A DNA stretch of 64,000 nt from an uncultured Eubacteriales bacterium (GTDB lineage Bacteria > Bacillota > Clostridia > Christensenellales > Aristaeellaceae), in assembly GCA_900315585.1 (NCBI GenBank), contig OMZP01000005.1, forward strand, positions 40,112 to 104,111, read 5' to 3'. The notes under the pieces were generated by a model, which saw only the letters and a program-made list of their open reading frames with translations, was not told the DNA's origin and did not search any database. Of this stretch, positions 61,965 to 64,000 are shown one piece after another (within the stretch, counting starts at the first letter, position 1; every line of letters begins with the position of its first letter). Made by a program: the position numbers and the translations under genes.

Positions 61965-62612
61965 ATGAATCAAATAAAACGCAAATTGCGGTCCCGGAGG
62001 GGAGCGTCCATCACCTTTGCGCTGCTGATCTTCCTGGTGTGCTCGATGGTGAGTATTGCGGTGGTCGTGGCCGGGTCAGCGGCCGCGGGGCGGATGAGCC
62101 AGCGTGCGGAGACCGACCAGCGGTATTACGCGGTCACCTCCGCGGTGGAGCTGCTCTGCGATGATTTCAAGGGAAAGACCGTGACGGTGGTGTACGAGAA
62201 GGGAGACCTGGCCTCGATATCCGCTCAAAGCGTAGATAACAATGCTATCTTGGAAGAGGTATCGAAGACGCTGGTCAGGAAGATTGCCAGCGAGCCGGAG
62301 TCTTCGGCAACGCTGAGCCCGGACGACATCTTTAGCCTGACGACAGATGGGCCAGCGAACTCCGCACTCGACTGCACCATCAAGGCTTACGTGCATAAGG
62401 ATGGCCGTGTGACGTTCGAGGTTTCCAACACGAACACGGATGACTCGACCAAGGTTTATACCCTCCAGACGACGTTTGAGGCCAATATCAGCGAATCCGT
62501 GTCGCAGTATGAGGATCCCTCTTCCAGCGAACCAACGGTGAAGCAGAGGGTCACGACGAAGCTGACCTGGTCCCTGAACAGCGTCCGGAAGGGCAAGGTC
62601 GGGACCGCATAA
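61965..62612 (+). CDS. pilin-like protein lacking Glu5 (PilX/GspK/ComGG-type minor pseudopilin candidate)
   Basis: RBS AGGAAGGTGA. MNQIKRKLRSRRG-ASITFALLIFLVCSMVSIAVVVAG, then RYYAVTSAVELL, similar to PilX N-domains. Confidence 0.6.
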   Translation: MNQIKRKLRSRRGASITFALLIFLVCSMVSIAVVVAGSAAAGRMSQRAETDQRYYAVTSAVELLCDDFKGKTVTVVYEKGDLASISAQSVDNNAILEEVSKTLVRKIASEPESSATLSPDDIFSLTTDGPANSALDCTIKAYVHKDGRVTFEVSNTNTDDSTKVYTLQTTFEANISESVSQYEDPSSSEPTVKQRVTTKLTWSLNSVRKGKVGTA

Positions 62613-62651
62613 CCGCATCCACTCTGAATTGACCGAGAGGAGGCCGCTGCG

Positions 62652-63014
62652 ATGGCAGTCTGGAAGAATCAAAAGGGAAATGCCCTCCGGCGCAAGCTGC
62701 GGAGCAAGCGCGGCGAGACGATCGGCGAGACCTTAGTGGCGCTGCTGATCTCCGCGCTGGCGCTCGTGATGCTGGCGGGAGCCATCAGCTCCACGGCGAA
62801 TATGATCAACGCCAGCGATAAGAAGATGGGCGAGTACTACAGCGGGGATGCCGCGCTTGCTGAGCACAGCGGCGGCGATCCTTCGGGGAATATGGTCGTG
62901 ACGATCCAAAGCGACAGTGATGCAAACATAAATAATGATTATAGTGTTCACTTTGATACGAACAAAGCGTTTGAAGCTAAACCGGTGGTTGCCTATAAAT
63001 GGCAGACGCCGTAA
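62652..63014 (+). CDS. small type IV pilin-like protein (Glu at +5, atypical +1 Glu)
   Basis: [12 protein letters not shown]. ...RKLRSKRG-ETIGETLVALLISALALVMLAGAI. 120 aa. Confidence 0.55.
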   Translation: MAVWKNQKGNALRRKLRSKRGETIGETLVALLISALALVMLAGAISSTANMINASDKKMGEYYSGDAALAEHSGGDPSGNMVVTIQSDSDANINNDYSVHFDTNKAFEAKPVVAYKWQTP

Positions 63015-63020
63015 GCTGGA

Positions 63021-63731
63021 ATGAAACAGTATCGACGGAGCAACAACGGCACAGAGATCGGGCGTGAGACGATGATGAGACGCGAAAGAACAGCGAAGGG
63101 AACGGCGCTTGGCAGGGCCGGGAGCCGGACCATGCGTATGCTGCGAAACCGGAGGGGCTTCTCCCTGGCGGAGACCCTCCTGGCTGTGTTGATCCTGCTG
63201 CTGGTGTCCATGATCGTCGCCAACGGCATGCCTGCGGCCACGAATGCCTATAACAAGGTCATCCTCGGCGCCAACGCCAAGACGATGCTCTCCACGGCGA
63301 TCAACGCCCTGCACGACGAACTCGGGACAGCCTGGAGGGTCAAAAACTCTGCGGACCACAAGTCTCTGATTTACTTTAATGCCAGCACCGGTGCACAGTC
63401 TGAGATTTCTCTGGACGATAGCGGGAAGATTCAAGTGCAGGATTACGTTGCATTGGGAGCAATCGATCTTGTCCATGATGTAGACACAGCCACGACTGTG
63501 AAGCAGGGGAATGTGCGCGAACTGGTGTCCGAAGCAGGAGCTAACGGCCATCCGACCATGTATGCCACATTCGAGTCGATCTATTTTGATGAGTCCACAG
63601 GTGTTGTCAAGGTTACAGGTTTGAAGGTGCTCAAAGTATCTGATAACACACCGCTCGCTTCGTTTGTAGACAAAGATAGAAATGATCTCGTTTTCGAGAT
63701 CCGGGTCATTTCCAATGATTATATAGATTAG
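63021..63731 (+). CDS. type IV pilin/pseudopilin-like protein with canonical prepilin motif
   Basis: ...MLRNRRG-FSLAETLLAVLILLLVSMIV (GFxxxE). The true start may be the ATG at 63132, which gives a short leader MRMLRNRRG. Confidence 0.75.
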   Translation: MKQYRRSNNGTEIGRETMMRRERTAKGTALGRAGSRTMRMLRNRRGFSLAETLLAVLILLLVSMIVANGMPAATNAYNKVILGANAKTMLSTAINALHDELGTAWRVKNSADHKSLIYFNASTGAQSEISLDDSGKIQVQDYVALGAIDLVHDVDTATTVKQGNVRELVSEAGANGHPTMYATFESIYFDESTGVVKVTGLKVLKVSDNTPLASFVDKDRNDLVFEIRVISNDYID

Positions 63732-63733
63732 GT

Positions 63734-64000
63734 ATGGTGTTGAACATGATGAAGGGTTTTAGGCGCGTGATCGGCGCGAAACATAAAACAGAACATCCGA
63801 GGCGAGGCGGGGAGCGGCTGAACAGGCGGCGCGTCGCCGGTTTCACGATGGCTGAACTGCTGATCGTGGTGGCGATACTGATCGTTCTGATGGGGGTCAC
63901 CTTTGTTGCCGTGCAGAGCCACCAGAAGTCGGTGACTCAGCTTCAGTATGACACCATCGCAAAGGAAATCTTTGTCGCCGCGCAAAACCACCTGACCCTT
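63734..64000 (+). CDS. type IV pilin-like protein with canonical prepilin motif, 3' end cut by window edge
   Basis: Not in the ORF track because no stop is reached. Read from the sequence: MVLNMMKGFRRVIGAKHKTEHPRRGGERLNRRRVAG-FTMAELLIVVAILIVLMGVTFVAVQ... The frame is open to nt 64000. Confidence 0.75.
   Translation, partial: MVLNMMKGFRRVIGAKHKTEHPRRGGERLNRRRVAGFTMAELLIVVAILIVLMGVTFVAVQSHQKSVTQLQYDTIAKEIFVAAQNHLTL

Overview
High-GC Firmicutes/Clostridia-like (Oscillospiraceae-type) chromosomal segment. All family calls rest on motif recognition by eye; no searches were run. Nt 1-42,700 is a dense core-genome region. It holds an SSS permease, a ThyX-like gene, recX and a YebC-family gene. Next come the MBL-comEC-holA operon, an asparagine-synthase-like gene, a GerMN lipoprotein and two OmpR/histidine-kinase pairs. 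Also present are two tandem DD-carboxypeptidases plus an M23 peptidase, a Val T-box leader with valS, and an aspartokinase. The dnaG-rpoD-trmK-nif3 block, RNase P RNA, the ireB/ruvX/DUF1292 cluster, an AI-2E transporter, pepF, two tRNA-Ser genes and a sugar ABC importer complete it. The longer intergenic gaps of this part are filled by a dispersed family of two-hairpin REP/BIME-like repeats. From about 42,700 to the window end the composition is visibly lower in GC and mosaic, and gene content changes. A single 17.7-kb ORF (43371-61031, 5,886 aa) encodes a secreted multi-module surface protein. It contains Pro/Glu linker repeats, Listeria-Bacteroides-type repeats, four parallel beta-helix super-modules and Cna-B/SpaA-like stalk domains, but no recognisable cell-wall anchor. 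Its 3' end runs into an in-frame TAG, an 18-nt PT-coding tandem array with a 4-nt frame-breaking insertion, and an orphan domain of about 210 aa. Four co-directional, tightly spaced type IV pilin/pseudopilin-like genes follow; the last is cut by the window edge. The giant anchorless adhesin coupled to a minor-pilin-like set is the most interesting candidate system here.
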